A program made the position numbers and the translations under genes. Below the pieces are notes generated by a model, which saw only the letters and a program-made list of their open reading frames with translations, ran no database searches and was not told where the DNA came from. A stretch of 64,000 nt of DNA from Trypanosoma brucei (lineage: Eukaryota). This document shows positions 33,793 to 48,300 of this stretch, in pieces. Location: the NCBI GenBank assembly GCA_000002445.1, contig CH464491.1:352001-416000 (forward strand), in the 5' to 3' direction. How positions within the stretch are numbered: the stretch's first letter is position 1; each line of letters starts with the position of its first letter.

Positions 33793-35192
33793 TATTATTC
33801 ATAGTGTTGTATGGACCTTTTTCTGGAGTTGTTTATTATCTTCTTTCCATACGTTTTCTTGTTTGTCGATGGCGCCAAAGAAGGGGAATGGGAGACATGT
33901 TTAGTTGTTGTTTTTTTTTTTTTACATTGAGCAGGAAGATCAATCCTTCGTTTTTATCCTTTGAAGGGGGAAAGTGCTTTTGAAACACTTTGGTGTCCAT
34001 TATCTTTTTTGGTGCTTTTCGTGTGCGTTAGTGTGAGGAGATGCAGGAAGTTCACTGATGTTTTGTTGGTTGAATCGGTTGATTTTGCCGTTGTCTTCTT
34101 GTGAGTTGAAAACTTGAATTACCTTCTTGTTATTCATTTCTTTATTTCTACTTCCGCCTTGTGTGAGGCTGTCACATAATATATATGCATATCAGTGGTG
34201 TTGCAACCAGGAGGTAGAGGAGAGAATACTGCCCTTTGTATTCTAAGTGTTGGGCCGTTAATGAGTGACGCAACGCGTAATAAAGTTATGGCTTTTTGTT
34301 TGTTTTCATTGTTTCCTTCCCTTTTGACCATTTTGCTGCTATCCTTTTTGGTGACGACTGATATGCCATTCGGCTTGCAGTTGACTTTTGTAAGGTAATT
34401 CTCTTCGTTCGAGCAATCCCCTTAACATATATATATATATATTGATACTCATAAACTGTTGTTTACGCTACTCTGCCGTTCTCATTTTTCTCCTATAACT
34501 ATTTTTAAAAAAATTACTTACTTTGTTCCCATTTGTTTGCTCTGATTTCCCCATTGTTGAGAAAAAAAAAGAAAAAGGGGAAGAAAAGAAACCTAACGGC
34601 AGGTTGTGTTTATTTTCCCTTCTTTCTTCTGTCATAGCCGCAAGCAATTTAAAGCTCCGAATCACGCAAATAACTATTGTATTAACAAGACGGAAACAAC
34701 AGTACCCAAATTTTTTCCCTTTCATTTGTAGTAAAAAAAAAATACATTTGTATTTTTTTGTTTTTTTTTGCTTTTTTGCCGGTACTTTTTGTTCCGCCTC
34801 CGTTAGAAACAACTCCGGAGGGAAGAGAAAAAGGGAAACTCCCGCAAGGGAATACGAACAAACTAGCAGAGGGGAGATTTAGAAGAAGGAAAGGACAAAG
34901 ACGGAAGTGTAACTATAAAGAGTGAAGAAGGAGCGTAGGCGGGATTATTTTATTTTATTTTTTTCCATAAATCCCTTGCCCTGTCGGACCAGAAAGAAAA
35001 TACATAAAATCAATTGATAGTCAATAAACTTTAAAAAAAACAAAGAAAAGGGTACCAATAAGTGGAAACAGAAGTGGCGGATACCCTCCCCTACGAATAT
35101 ATCCAATCCTTGCAGTGGTTCCAGCGAATTGATCAATCAAAGCAGAAAGGGACGAAGTAAAACCGTTGTGTTCACAAGGTGGTAGCCTACAG

Positions 35193-36899
35193 ATGACGAT
35201 GTCGGACACAAGTGCAACATACAGTCTCCACAACCACTACGGGAGGATTAATAATGTATGCACCATTAGCCCACAGGCGTCACCCAGCCCATCAGCATTA
35301 CCTCAAACCGTCGAGGAGCACTTTGATGCAGAGGCTTTACTTAAAGAACAGAGACATCTCTTGGAGAGTTCCCCTGCAGCCGAAATTCGTGCCTCACCAT
35401 TTCTTCGATTTCGGTTGAACGCCCAACAGAAGTTCACAATGCAGCACAATCAATACCTGGAGCGATGTGCGCAGAGGGAAGCCTCAGACAGGAACCCGCA
35501 CCCACTCACAGCATCTGCAACTGGTCTAAGGGAACAGTTTACACAACATTTGGGTCGTCAAAGCATTAGTCAAGGACAAAACCAAAGCTATCAAGATGGG
35601 GAAGGGTTGTGTTGTTCCGGCTGTCAAAATCGTTTTGTGGATGCCATTGCTTTGAACAGACACAAGTCCACTTGTAGCGAATATGCTGCACTGGTGTTAC
35701 AACGCCGTGGAAGCGAAAAACTACATTACACAGCCCGCTGCTTTTCTACTAGGGAAACTGCTGTTACGCCGAGCAACACAGATATACGTCCCATACTCAG
35801 TATTCGAGAACGCGCCGAGGATCCTCAACCGATACCAGATGTGCTCACAGCACGTGGCGGACACTTTTCGTATCGCAACCAACTTTCCACTCACGGAGGT
35901 TATCAGGGAAATGAGGGAGAGAATGCCGCTGCAGTCGCTGTGTTTTCACCTAAGGCGGGAAGTGGAAGTTTGAGCCGCTCTCTTCCAACCCCAACATCTT
36001 TGCGTGAGGATATGCATAGCGAATTTGAGGCGCGAGACACAAAACACAACATCCGTGCTCGCACCCAGTCGCAGGAGTTAACTCCGCCGACACCAACCTC
36101 CACATGGCACCAGCCGTCTACTTCACTCAGGGTTACTTCAATCGATGAGGTTCCAGCCTCTGTGGCTGCTAGGCAGAGTGTAGATGCAACGATGCCCACA
36201 ACTCCTCTCGGCTACCAATTGGGTGAACGATTTGATGTGGATATTTCGGTAGACAAAAGCAGCTTTGGTGCAGGGACATTCCAAGGCATGGTGTCGTATT
36301 CCCACCTTGGAGGTGGTGTAGATAGCTTAAGAGAGTCCTCTGAGCCTCCTGACGAGCCACTTAAACCGTGTCCCAGCTGCGGTCGTCAGTTTTTCGCCTA
36401 CTCACGGTGGCCCCGGCATGTGGCTGTTTGTGACAACAAACGTCAGCAAATAAACTCTAGAGGTGGTGGCTCGGTTTCCTCCATCTCCTCGTTTCGTTTC
36501 CCATCAGGAAACGCCAACCGCCTCCCGCAAACTGCCCTGGAAAAGTCGACGGAATTAGGCGGTACCACCACCACTACCACTACTACTACTACTGCCACTA
36601 AACTGACACGCACAAACACTTCAGAGAAGAGAAAGAGCCTTGGAGCCAGTTACGTGGAACCTAGTATTGAGAGGAGACCACTGAGTGCGTCAAACCGAGG
36701 TAGGGACGCTATGGAAGGACCGAATTTTGTGCGGACGTCGACGTATAGCAGTGAAACTTTTGCAGAGGAAGATGGCCAAGTTGTTGATGATCGCGTACCG
36801 TGTCCTTCATGCGGGCGTCGTTTCGCCACCCATGTGGCCGAAAGGCATATTCCCCACTGTCGTGAACGCAGCGAAGGGAACCCACCAATACGGTTGTAA
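35193..36899 (+). CDS. ZC2HC-type (C2HC) zinc-finger protein with a poly-Thr tract
   Basis: Three C-x2-C-x11/12-H-x3/4-C units are present: CSGCQNRFVDAIALNRHKSTC, CPSCGRQFFAYSRWPRHVAVC and CPSCGRRFATHVAERHIPHC. An 11-residue Thr run is encoded by (ACC/ACT)n at 36563-36597. The track start is a TTG; the first ATG is at 35193. Confidence 0.65.
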   Translation: MTMSDTSATYSLHNHYGRINNVCTISPQASPSPSALPQTVEEHFDAEALLKEQRHLLESSPAAEIRASPFLRFRLNAQQKFTMQHNQYLERCAQREASDRNPHPLTASATGLREQFTQHLGRQSISQGQNQSYQDGEGLCCSGCQNRFVDAIALNRHKSTCSEYAALVLQRRGSEKLHYTARCFSTRETAVTPSNTDIRPILSIRERAEDPQPIPDVLTARGGHFSYRNQLSTHGGYQGNEGENAAAVAVFSPKAGSGSLSRSLPTPTSLREDMHSEFEARDTKHNIRARTQSQELTPPTPTSTWHQPSTSLRVTSIDEVPASVAARQSVDATMPTTPLGYQLGERFDVDISVDKSSFGAGTFQGMVSYSHLGGGVDSLRESSEPPDEPLKPCPSCGRQFFAYSRWPRHVAVCDNKRQQINSRGGGSVSSISSFRFPSGNANRLPQTALEKSTELGGTTTTTTTTTTATKLTRTNTSEKRKSLGASYVEPSIERRPLSASNRGRDAMEGPNFVRTSTYSSETFAEEDGQVVDDRVPCPSCGRRFATHVAERHIPHCRERSEGNPPIRL

Positions 36900-38109
36900 A
36901 GTGTCTTGATATTATCTCCTCTTTTCTAATAACTTCTGAGGTGGCACAAACCACATATATACAAATATATGATGGTTTGTGTATGTCTGTACTTAAATTA
37001 ACTTGCGCACAATTACTCGTTGCACAAAAAAAAAAACTGCGCGTGTATGGGTGAGTGGACATCATTCTCTCCCGACTTCAATACGGGTTGGGACTCGCTA
37101 AGAGTTAGTGCGTGTTTGATAAATACGATTTGAGGTGGCGTGTGGAGCGCTCTGAGAATAGTGTCGAGGAAGCAAGAAAAAAAGAAGTATGTTCAGTGAA
37201 ATCACTTTTTTTTTTCTTGTCCCGTCGTATATAAGTGCCAAACACACACACACACACACACGAATGGTTGCGAGAAGCGCAATGCTTGTTTCCATATTTG
37301 TCGTTAAGTTTTTTTCCCCTTTGAGAAACTCATTTTTTTTTATTAATGGAAACTGTCTATGCTGCGCAATAGGGATAACTGTTCAGGGACGTATGTTTGT
37401 GATGCTGCCCGTGGGTACTGTTTTTTTTTTTAAAAAAAACTTTTTGGTGTGTTTTGTGTCTGACTGTGTGTTTAAAGGGGGAAAGGTGTTTCGAGGAGAT
37501 TTTAAAATGCAAACGGAATAATGGAGGCAGTGTATAGGTGCTTCCTGACAAATTACATTACCGCATAATAGTGTTGAAGTGGTTGCTGCTGAAACCAACA
37601 TCAAGTGCAACGTTATACTTTTAGGTGGTTTCATTGTGCTGGTAATTCTTTTTTTTTATTTATTTTACCTTCCTTTATTTCCTTCACGGTCTTCATTTTG
37701 TGTACATATGTAACTGCATCACGCACATCAGTGTTCTGTACAACGACGCGAATCCACAAATGCCTCTGGTACATGCCGTATGCTACCATTTGTATTCTTC
37801 CTACGTGTGTACTTTTTTCATTACCTTCCTTTTATTTATTTTTTTAAATTCTGAAATGTTTTTATGTGATGTGCCCATATAAATGCACCGGAACCAAAAA
37901 AAACACAAAGAATCAAGAAGAAACACAAACATTTAGCACTTTCCCACCTCGTTTTTATTCACTTACAATACACCTTGAAGTGAATAAAACTAAGGTTACT
38001 CTGTAGAGTGGGACAAAAACTTTGTTATATATATATATATATATATTTATTTATTTATTTATCTTGTATTTTGTCCCCAACACGTGGTATCTGACTGATC
38101 AATTACATC

Positions 38110-38397
38110 ATGCCCTCTATCGCTTCGATGATTAAAGGGAATAAAGTGGTTGTTTTCTCATGGGTCACTTGCCCCTACTGCGTCCGAGCAGAGAAGTTAC
38201 TTCACGCACGCACTAAGGATATTACCGTACATTATGTGGATAAGATGAGCGAAGGAGAACAACTGCGCGGTGAGATTTACCAAGCATACAAACACGAAAC
38301 GGTTCCCGCCATATTTATTAATGGAAATTTCATTGGCGGTTGCAGCGATTTGGAGGCCCTTGACAAAGAGGGAAAACTCGATGGTTTGCTGAGCTAA
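38110..38397 (+). CDS. GRX: Dithiol glutaredoxin (CPYC class)
   Basis: ATG at 38110 and 95 aa. The active site VVVFSWVTCPYCVRAEKLL is present, with TVPAIFINGNFIGGCSDL (the GSH-binding TVP and GG.dl blocks). Confidence 0.85.
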   Translation: MPSIASMIKGNKVVVFSWVTCPYCVRAEKLLHARTKDITVHYVDKMSEGEQLRGEIYQAYKHETVPAIFINGNFIGGCSDLEALDKEGKLDGLLS

Positions 38398-39340
38398 ATT
38401 TGAGACAGTGAGGAGGATTTTTTTTAAAAAAAAAGAAGAGAAAAAAGAGAAAGGGGGGATTACGTGAATATATATGCGGTTGCAACCCTCTGATTAATAT
38501 AGTGCCAAACGAGAGGTGTTTGCATATGTTGAGGGGGTAAACTACACACCCTTCCTTTATATACATCTCCTTCATCCTTCACTTGATCGCTTTCATTTTT
38601 TTTATATTTTTGTTCCTGCTTATATTAGGGGTTATAATGCATTATGCATGATGTGTTCTGCTCATTTCATACACGAGGGAAGGGAAAACGGAAACGGAAA
38701 TGCAAGAACGGGAGAGAGTAGGAGCGAGTGAACTGACATCAATTCAATCGGGGGAAGTGTTTAAAAACACCTCACCGGTATAACTTCCCCTATTGATACG
38801 TTACGCACGATGCTATTTCTGTTGTTGAATACTCGCGCTCTGAAGATCGCCTTTTAGCACATGTGCCACATTTCCCCTCGGCTCGGTCTTCTTTCTTTCT
38901 TATATGTTTGCTTCTACTCTTTTTTCTTTGTGTTTCCTCCAAATTACAACTGTTGTTAGGGGCTGCGACACGGTTTCACGGTACACATATAAAGTTATAT
39001 ACGTAGACGCCTGCGTACATTTCACAATTGGATACAGACACACAAGTTTTGTTTGAACTAAGAGGAAGTTCGGTAGTATAGATTCGAAGAAAGAAAAAGG
39101 AATACCTACGTGAGTATATTGTATAAAGGAGGAAACGGGCAAGAGCTGTTGAAGACAAATACTTCAAAGAGAGGACGTTTCCACACATACTTTTGAAAAG
39201 CGGCCGCAGTGCTGCATAAGTGCAGGAAGTAGAGTTGGAAAAAAAAAGAACAATTCCGACACCAAAACAACATTGGGTGTGTGCAAGTACGGCTCAAAAT
39301 CGCTATCACCACTTGAAACTGTGGTTTGAGTGAAAGGGAC

Positions 39341-42300
39341 ATGTTGTTAAACAATTTTATTGTTGAGGAACGTTACAGCGCATGGCAGAAGAAAAGGGTT
39401 CGAACAATCATCGTTAACAGCCGCTCACGGTTGGCTGCTCACCGCAGCATCACGGGAGCTTTGGCTATAGCGAAGCCGTACGAACGTATTGAGTTGGTGG
39501 GTGGTGAGTACTTCGAGTCGCTATTGATCAGTGCCCCTATTGAAATTGTGGCTGCGGACGGCGAGGAACCAGTTGTCTCCTCCCGTGGTTCCTGTATTAC
39601 CATCACACGAGATGTTGAGGCGTATTTTGAACAGGTAACATTTGTGTCAAAATCAAGAAGTAAACTGGAGTCCGCAGTGGCTATTCTCAACGGAAGATCC
39701 GTTTTCTTCCGCTGCAACATGAACTCTGTTCTGATAGGTGGATGGGCGCGCCCGTATATTGAAAACTGCACAATTGCTGAGAGTCACAACGGTTATGGAG
39801 TACAAATTGGTGACAGCGCGGGTGCTGACATTTGGCAATCGGCAATCCATTCACACCAAATAGCATGTATGGAGATTGATACGAGGGGTATAGTTAACGT
39901 GCGTGATAATACAATTCATCAGTCATCTAATTTGGGGAACGCTGTCGTCGTCAAGGCAATTAATAGCATCGCGGACGAAACCACTCCGCCAGAGTTCCTT
40001 GCATGCCGTCGAGTAGTAGTGACAAAATGCCGCATTTACATCAGCCCTGACTCTTATGTTCCAAAAGACCGCGACATGAGCTCACTGGAAACTCCAACGC
40101 AACCGTGTAGTTGTGTGTTGATATCACGGGGTGCGTGCCCAACATTTTCCTTCAACGAACTGACCCAAGGAAACATCGGGTTTACATTCGATGGTGCTGG
40201 TTCTGCTGTGCTAGAGGGAAATTGCATATACAAGCAGAAGATATGTGGTATTCTTGCTATTGTGGATGACACTAACTTCTCTCCAGACTCAAAATCAAGG
40301 GGTCTACGCATTACCGGAGGTAATCGAATTGACCGCTGTTACGTCGGGATAGACGTGCATTGCTCCGCAAAAGCTGCAATGGCCGCGGGAGTGAGCCAAC
40401 AAAACCTCATTCCGCTGGAACTGCCATCGAGTCGTAGGGCATTCACGTGGTTCAGGGGGAAGGATAGTGGCAAAGTTGTGGCTCCCCCTTCGGACAAGGA
40501 TAATTTTGATGATAACCACACTTTTGTAGTACATGGTCAGCCAAAAACAATGAAGCAACTGACAAATGAACTGAGAGAGTTGGCCACTATGGTGTGTGCC
40601 GGGCATATTAAGCACTTTACTTCGGCCACTGTTGCAGACACACGTTACGGCGTTGCCACGAGCCTTAACCAACTGGGAGAACTCTTGGAAGAGATGTTAA
40701 ACATCACAATTCCTCCACCTAACATTTCAGAACGTGCGGCTAAACTATTGGAGCTACGACGAACAGATGGAGTTGAGATTCGAGACACGAGGTTCTCCAG
40801 TTGTGGCCTCTGTGCTATTCGGTTCGGCAGCAGCTCCTATGGCGTAGTGGAAGATTGTAGTTTTGTTTCCTGCGGTGCAACGTGTATTGTGGTGTGTAGT
40901 GCGGCTCACCCTCTGATTATTGGATGTAGGTTTGAGCACGCAAAAGGTGTCGCCATTTACATGGACAACTTCGCCAACCCTCTTATCATGGGTAACGAAA
41001 TCATAGGAAATGCGGAGAATGGCGTGGAATGGCGAAATATTTCTCGCGGGATCTTGATGGGAAATGCCATCGTCGGAAGTACTGTCAACGGTTTGTTATT
41101 GACCGGTGGGTGCAGTGCCATTGTTGCAGCTAATTCGATTCAATGCAATAACGCAGCGGGAGTAGAGGTAGCGGAGGGGAGTAAACCGTTTATTCTTCTT
41201 AACAAATTAATAGGAAATAGGACAGCACAAATCCTTTCCTCAGGATACTCAGCACCCGTTATTGCCCATAATAGAATTACCAGCGGTAGAAACATTGGTA
41301 TACACTTTCTTTCGTGTAGCGGTGGCACCGCTTTGGATAATGCAATCGCCCAGAACGAGCGTGGTATTGTGGTAGAGTTGGGTGCAGATCCCTACGTGTA
41401 TGATAACAAAATTATGAGCTCGAACCGTTATGGAGTAGTAGTAGAAAACAATGGCCTCGGAACATTTGTGGAAAATACAATCACGCAAAGTGGGATGTGC
41501 AACATTCTCATTAAGGAGGGTGGTTGCCCGGTGTTGCGCAAGAATTCCATCAAGTTCGCCAACTCTGGTGGTTTGGTGATCGTGAACGAAGGATCCGCCA
41601 CTGTTGAATACAACACAATTTCCGGTAACCAGGTGGCTAATGTCATTTTACTGGACCGGTACACTGATCCCACACTTACAGGTAACACAATATCTGCCTC
41701 ATGTAGTGGGGGTGGTATTCTCTGCGGGCGCATGTCCAGTGGAAAATTCAGCCGCAACATCATTACGGAGAACAAGCAATATGGTATCTGTATCATCGAG
41801 AAGGCGGAGCCCGATATCACCAAGAACGTCATTATGGGAGAACAAAATGGTATCATCGTCTCTGATGAGGGGCGCGGTTCGATTCGAGAAAATTCCATTC
41901 ATTCCTGCGGCAACGCTGGTGTTCTCATACAAGCAAACGGTGATCCGTTTGTAGAAAACAACAAAATATGTCGCTCCGCGGGTTGTGGTTTGGTGGTGAC
42001 GAGTGACGGGAAGGGGAAGGTTATTGGCAACGAGTTTTTCGAAAACGATGTGGGACTGCAGTGTGGCTCCAGTGCGGGAAACACAACGCTAGATGTTGAT
42101 GAAAATTTCACAACGAAGAGCCCTGGAGCAGCCGTAGCACGGACACGTAGGTCCGCCCTGGTGAGCAAACGTTCATTTGCTGGCAAACGGCAGCATATTC
42201 AGTCAACATCTACCGCAAATCCACATGCCCTTGTGCGGTGCAACAAAATATACGGTAACACTACGTGTGGCGTGCTGTTGGAATGTGGGATCTCCGCTGT

Positions 42301-45300
42301 GTTGGAAGAGAATGAGATCTACTCCAACGTGGAGTTTGGCATCTTAGCGGATAGCAGGTACTGCGCGCGGCGCCTCCACGGAAAGCTGAAGGGTATTGTT
42401 TTTGAGGGTTTCAAGTTGCCGCGGTTACGGTCCACGGGTTTGGTAACTGTCATTCGTAACAATCGCATAATTGATCAACGCCACACCAACATTGCGTTTG
42501 TGGATTTCTCTGATGGTGATGCTGCAATTGTCCAAAATCAAATAAGCGGTGCTCCGGTGGGCATTTATGTAGGGAACAACTCTACAGTTAAAACAGTAGA
42601 GGGCAACGTCATTGAAAACTGTGATGACGGTGTGTACGCCGAAAGCGGGGGTTGCGGAAACTTTGTGGACAACACCATCCGCGACTGTACGGGAACTGGG
42701 GTATACGTGTCTGACGAAGCGAACCCACAATTTTGTGGCGGGAATGTAATCGAGCGATGCCGCATCAGTGGTGTATTTGTTGACGCTGGCGGTAAAGGTC
42801 TCTTTAAGGAAGCAAGTATACGCAACTGTGTTGTGGGTGTTGTGGCGTACACATCACCACCTCTCTGCCACGCGGCTGGGAGGGACACCGCGGGTAAACC
42901 TATTGTTACATCTTCACCAGCAGTCGAGCAGTGTGTAATTGAGCGAAATTATTTGCACGGAATTTTTCTTTGCACTGTTCTCAGTGGTCTTCCTCTTCGA
43001 CAAGAATCGTGGGGTTCCGGTAAGGAATACACGAAATCTACGAAACTAATGACTAGCACGGAGACGCGTACTTTTCCAATTTTCCGAGGTAATACGATTC
43101 GAAATAATCGGCATTTTGGTGTGTGTCATGAGCTGTACTCTCTTGATGGGCGTTTGGAAGAATCAAGAGGAAGTGACTTCAGTGAAAGGACGGGGGGAAC
43201 GTGTGCGGCGGATAGTTTTGGGGCGCATGTCGGACGCGCGTTTCAGAGGGGCACTACATCATCAAGAACACCTTCACCGAGGTCGTTACAATTTTCATAC
43301 AGGGACGGGGTGAGCTCGTCTTCTGAGCAGGATGTGGAGTGGCACTTCCCTGAACGGATGCAACGGCAGGCAAGCTTTGTGGAAAATGACATCAGTAATT
43401 GCTCCATTGGTGTTGTTGTTGGCAGCAGTTGTAACCCCTTCCTGCTCAACAATAACATTCACAACAACGATTTTCTAGGTATATTGCTTCGGCGAGGTGC
43501 ACAGGCGATGAGTTATGGGTGCAAAGTGCTCAACAACGGTTGGGTTGGGTTGTACGCCGCTCCACGTTCTTCTGGTGCCTTTACATCCGGCGAAATCCGA
43601 GGAAACAATGGTTTCTGCCGGCCTGACACCAAACCCACTGACACTCGGTGTTTCACAACTTTTTCCTTTACGGAGGCTGCTACCCCTTTACCACCTTCCT
43701 TCAAGACGTCCTACGATTTACGCAGCAGTATGTATGGGGATCTTTTGATGATGTTGAGCGACTACGGGGACACAGTCGCCAGCGCGCTGGTTATGCTTTG
43801 CGAAGTTGTGTCACTTTCATCAGCAAGCCTTTCCCTTGCAGGTACCGTCGTTCCATATGGCTCTCTTGACAGTTGTCACTCGCATAGCGGCGGCTCGCTG
43901 TTGGAGCAGTACGATCGAGCGTGGGCGGCAGATGGGGGCATTGGTGTATGGATTGCATTGGGAAGCATGACCGAAGTTTCTGATAGCGTGGTGGAGGGCA
44001 ACCAGAATGTTGGTGTATTCTTCTCTCGCGGAGTAGAACACCAGCTGAAAAACATGTTAAATGGCGTTTTGACACGGGAATATGAGCTTCCGGAGGTTCC
44101 TGGAGCCGAGGTCATCACAGGTGGGCCAGCTGGGCCTGGCTCCACTCGCCCACGCTGGTTGCTGTTTACTTCTGAGAGTATTCGCGGCTGTTCAAATCTA
44201 GCATCGGCAGAACTAACGATGACGTGCAATGGTTTTGGGACGGAAGCGGGGAAAGAACCCAACCCAGCGGCCTCTCTCACCTCGGTGCGGACAGAGCTGG
44301 ATGACTGGTGCGGTGAGCCACCATTGGTGCTTCCCCGACCGCCAATAGTGCGACGTAACCAAATCCTTAGAAACGGGTATGGAATAATTATTCATCTACA
44401 CCAAACGCTCAGAGCAGAGGGGAAACAAGAAGTACAGGGAGTCGCTGATGAGGGTACCCCGCGTGCGAGCGGAAAGGACAAGCAAAAACGAAGAGGTTCC
44501 GTTGGTGGAAGGAGAGCGAGTATAGTAGGCGCAGCACCTTTACCTGGAATACGGCGAAGAAGGAATTCCATGTTTCGTAAAGGGAAAAAAGTTGAAGAAG
44601 AAACCCCACCCGCCACCCCTTCTGATGTGGTTAATCCATGGGCAGATGTACTACCACCGCACGCTCTTAGTGAAAAGTCGACGCCAGAGTTCACCATATG
44701 CGTGCAGGAAAACAGGATTTTCGAAAACTTCACCGTTGGTGTTGTCTGCCAGCACGTTTTGGAATTAATGTGTGGTCGTTTTGTAAAGACACGCCACGAA
44801 ATCGGAGTTGCCGCTGACAGATACGATAGTGTGTGCGTCATGATTACTCTCAAGAATCAATCAGCATTGCCAGAGAAGCTGTTTACACTAGAAACTCAAG
44901 AGAGATTGGTGCACCATGCTCAGATAATGAAAAATGATATATACAAGAATGTGAGGGAACAGGTGCAGGTGACATCACGCTACGTTGCTGTCACTGGTGA
45001 CAAGGAGCGAACCCTGCTACAGATCGATACTCTGCGACGACCATTTGCGTCTGTGTGCTCCTCTTGTGCACTCTTACGCATACCGCTGTTTACTTCACTA
45101 ATTGGCGCCACGTCCCCTGGTTGCTTCTACCTTGAAAATAACACAATACACGACTGCTCGATGGGTATTCACCTAATCGGTGTACTGGGAGCAAAATCCA
45201 CATGCTTGCGCCGGAACGTGTTTTATGACATTGCAGATATTTCGGTTCACGTTGAGGGTCATCTATCGTCAGCAACTATCGGATACGGCAATATATTTGA

Positions 45301-48300
45301 GAGGAACGGCATCAGTGTATTGGTCGCAATGCCTGAGGATGAGTGTACGGAAGAAGAAAGACAATGGCAACAATTCATAGGCGTAACGACACGCATTTGC
45401 GGTAATAAATTTTCCTCGCCTGTTAGTGTCTCACTAGCCTTCAGGGGGGGCGGCGGACCTGGTCCTGTTGTGGGAGGAAATAAGTTTGCGAATCATCAGT
45501 ACGGCCGCGTTGTCTTCTTCTGCGATTCTTCTTCGGGGTCTACGATACGGGGAAACGTTTTTCAAAACAACTACGCGCCACTCATTGTTACAGGCACTGA
45601 GGGCCGCGAAGACGATGGAAAACGTACTATTATTGAAAACAATCTCTTCTCACAGAACTACATCGGACTACTTCTGTGCAACGGTGCTGCAGCGCAGGTT
45701 GCGCGTAACGTTTTTGAAGACAATTTTCGTTCTGGAATAGAAATTATCGGGAAGGGAACAAATCCCTTGGTGAAGCAATGCTTGTTCGTCATGACCAAGG
45801 ATTTACTGTCACTCTCAGGTGCTAGAGAGCAATTTATCTATCCAAGCGACGGAGTTCTGCGCGTGGACGGTTGGCCTCAGTTTTCTGTCACTCTTTACCC
45901 AGACAACGTCATCACACACGGTGACGTTAGTAGGCGTTTATCTTCTGGCGTCCTTATCGAGTGCGAAAGCGGTGGGACGATTGAAAACTGCTTCTTCAAA
46001 GGAAACCAGATCGGTGTAGATTGCATTCGCGGTGCTTCTCTAGGAGTGGAAAACATCGTATACACTTCTGAATCTGAACTTCTCGGTCCTCGATTCCTCA
46101 ATTGCTTGTTCCTACAGAACACGATTGCAGGGGTTTGGCTTCGCGGTGCGCACGCCGAAGTGGGGGTTCCTCAGAGTTTTAACGGCCGTCGGCGCCGTTC
46201 CCAAACGCACCCCAAGGCCTCAAGTTTCGATCATTGTTTTTTCATAAATAATACAGCAACCATGGACGAATACGGAGATGTTGTTGCCACGGATGATGGT
46301 TATGCCACATTTAGCAATAGTATGTTCACCGGTTGCATTCACGGTAAAAGAGGGTCAATGGGTTCATTTGAGCGCAACATTTTCTCCTGTGGTGGGAAGG
46401 TGGACACTGCGGTGATCCTGCACAGGGGAACGCGTATGGAAATGCGTGATAATACTATATCCGGGTACAGGAGATCCATTATTACGCACACGGGGGCGTG
46501 GGGACGGCTTGAGAAGAACTGGATCTTGGGTGCTTCGCGTTGTGTTATCTCAGCACCGTTCTGCAACACACTATTTACTGGGAACCGCATACTAGGAGCG
46601 AAGGAGTGTGGCGTCTTTGCCTATGGTGGCGTTTTCGTAAGTAATGAGATTATGAGATGCCAAACAGGCGTGGTTATACGCAATCCTGCAGAGTATAAGA
46701 ATTATCACGTCATCCCTTCTGTCGACAAGGGAACTCACTCTTTGTTGTTCTCTGAGAACAAGGTCCACACCTGCGAAGTTTGTGGTATATTTGTTGCTGG
46801 CGGGGGGCGCGTAGAAGGGAACGTAGTCTCTAACAACAAAGTGAATATAACTGTCACTTGTGGAACAAAGGCTGCTCAGGGAAGCGATATCTGCCACATC
46901 TTTCAGAATGCGGTTTTTGACGGTGGGGTTGGTCTCCAACTAATGAACAGATCCGATGCCCTCGTCGAAGGTAACAATATTTTTGACAACAGCACATACG
47001 CAGTACTGATGAAAAAGGGTGCGAGAGGCAGACTAATGAACAACAACATATCTAGCCACCTCAATGAGGGCGCATTGGCTGTAGACGAGGGGAGTGAAAC
47101 AAAGCTACTCTCAAACACGGTGCGAAACCAGTTTTCTCCCGTTTATAATAAGCTCCTGGGGCCGCAGCGCATGAGGGAAAGGCAAAATGCTGCCGATGTC
47201 TTGAAGACGGAGTTGCATGAGCTGGAGCAACGTGGGTCCGAATATGCAACAAAGTGTGCCGCGCTACAGGAGGAAATGCGAAGCGTATTCCATCGCTTAA
47301 GGGAAAGCTGCTGCGAAAGTGACGGTAGCAAGATGAATATTGGAACACTTCTTGGAAATTCGTTTCAGAAGGCATTATGTGCAGACGAGGACGAGAAGGA
47401 CGCCCTTAAATTGCCTGCACTGGATGTCCGAACCCTTTCTACAGAGGATTCTACCGCTCCTAATGACAAAGAAAAATCTCCCACCACACCTTCCATGTTG
47501 TCATCAACAGTTCGTGCCAGCACTTCGTCAGTGAAGGATGGAGGAAACAAAGATTCTTATAATATCCACATCCATCTTGTGCATACCGCATATGACGAGA
47601 GTGAGTGCGAACAAGTGTGCAACGAGGTACAATCTGTTTTTGATTCGCTCTCACTTTCACTGCAACTACCGCTACGCGTCCTCACCACGACTAACTCCTC
47701 GGCATTTCCTGCAAACTGGCCCTCGAAGCAGCTCAAAATATTTGTCGTTGTGGTTGGTAACATTACTAATGATGATTCCCTTGAGGACGATGTCAAGCTG
47801 GTGCGTGCGCTCCGGTTCCCGAAGACCTTAGCGGGTAACGAAGAAATCCCTGAGGAGATGAGTGATGTTCTCATTATTTCCATCATATCGGAGGAGTTTC
47901 AGGAGCATGCAGACGTGCTGCGCACCACAACATCCGGGTTTCCTTTGGCTGTGCAACTCCAAGATCTGTTGTCCCACAGCAATCCCATGCACTACGTTTC
48001 AGGCGTTTCGGAATGCCTTGAGGAATTGCACCGAAGAGCAGAGTCATATCTCCTGAATGCTGCGAATTCAGATAAATCTGATGATTACTTCACCAATGAC
48101 CCAGAAGAAGAACAGAGTTCCCGTTACTCAGCTGACACGCATGATGGTCACAAGACTGGTGCCTCTCCGAGGGGATCTGAGTGGCGGGGTACTTCGCCAA
48201 TGCTGGAATCGAAGGAAGATGAATGGCAGCGCCTCCCGGTGTTTGGGGAAAAATTAAACGCGTATATGTCATTTGATTTAATTAGGAAGAAGGTGAGCCA

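Noticed and set aside
39439-47886. Many 60-160-aa minus-strand ORFs inside the giant beta-helix gene (e.g. 41428..41898, 44392..44853), and similar ones inside the Cu-ATPase (9060..9551)
   Set aside because: They are antisense shadow ORFs within long + genes, have no independent motif content, and fit the unidirectional architecture.
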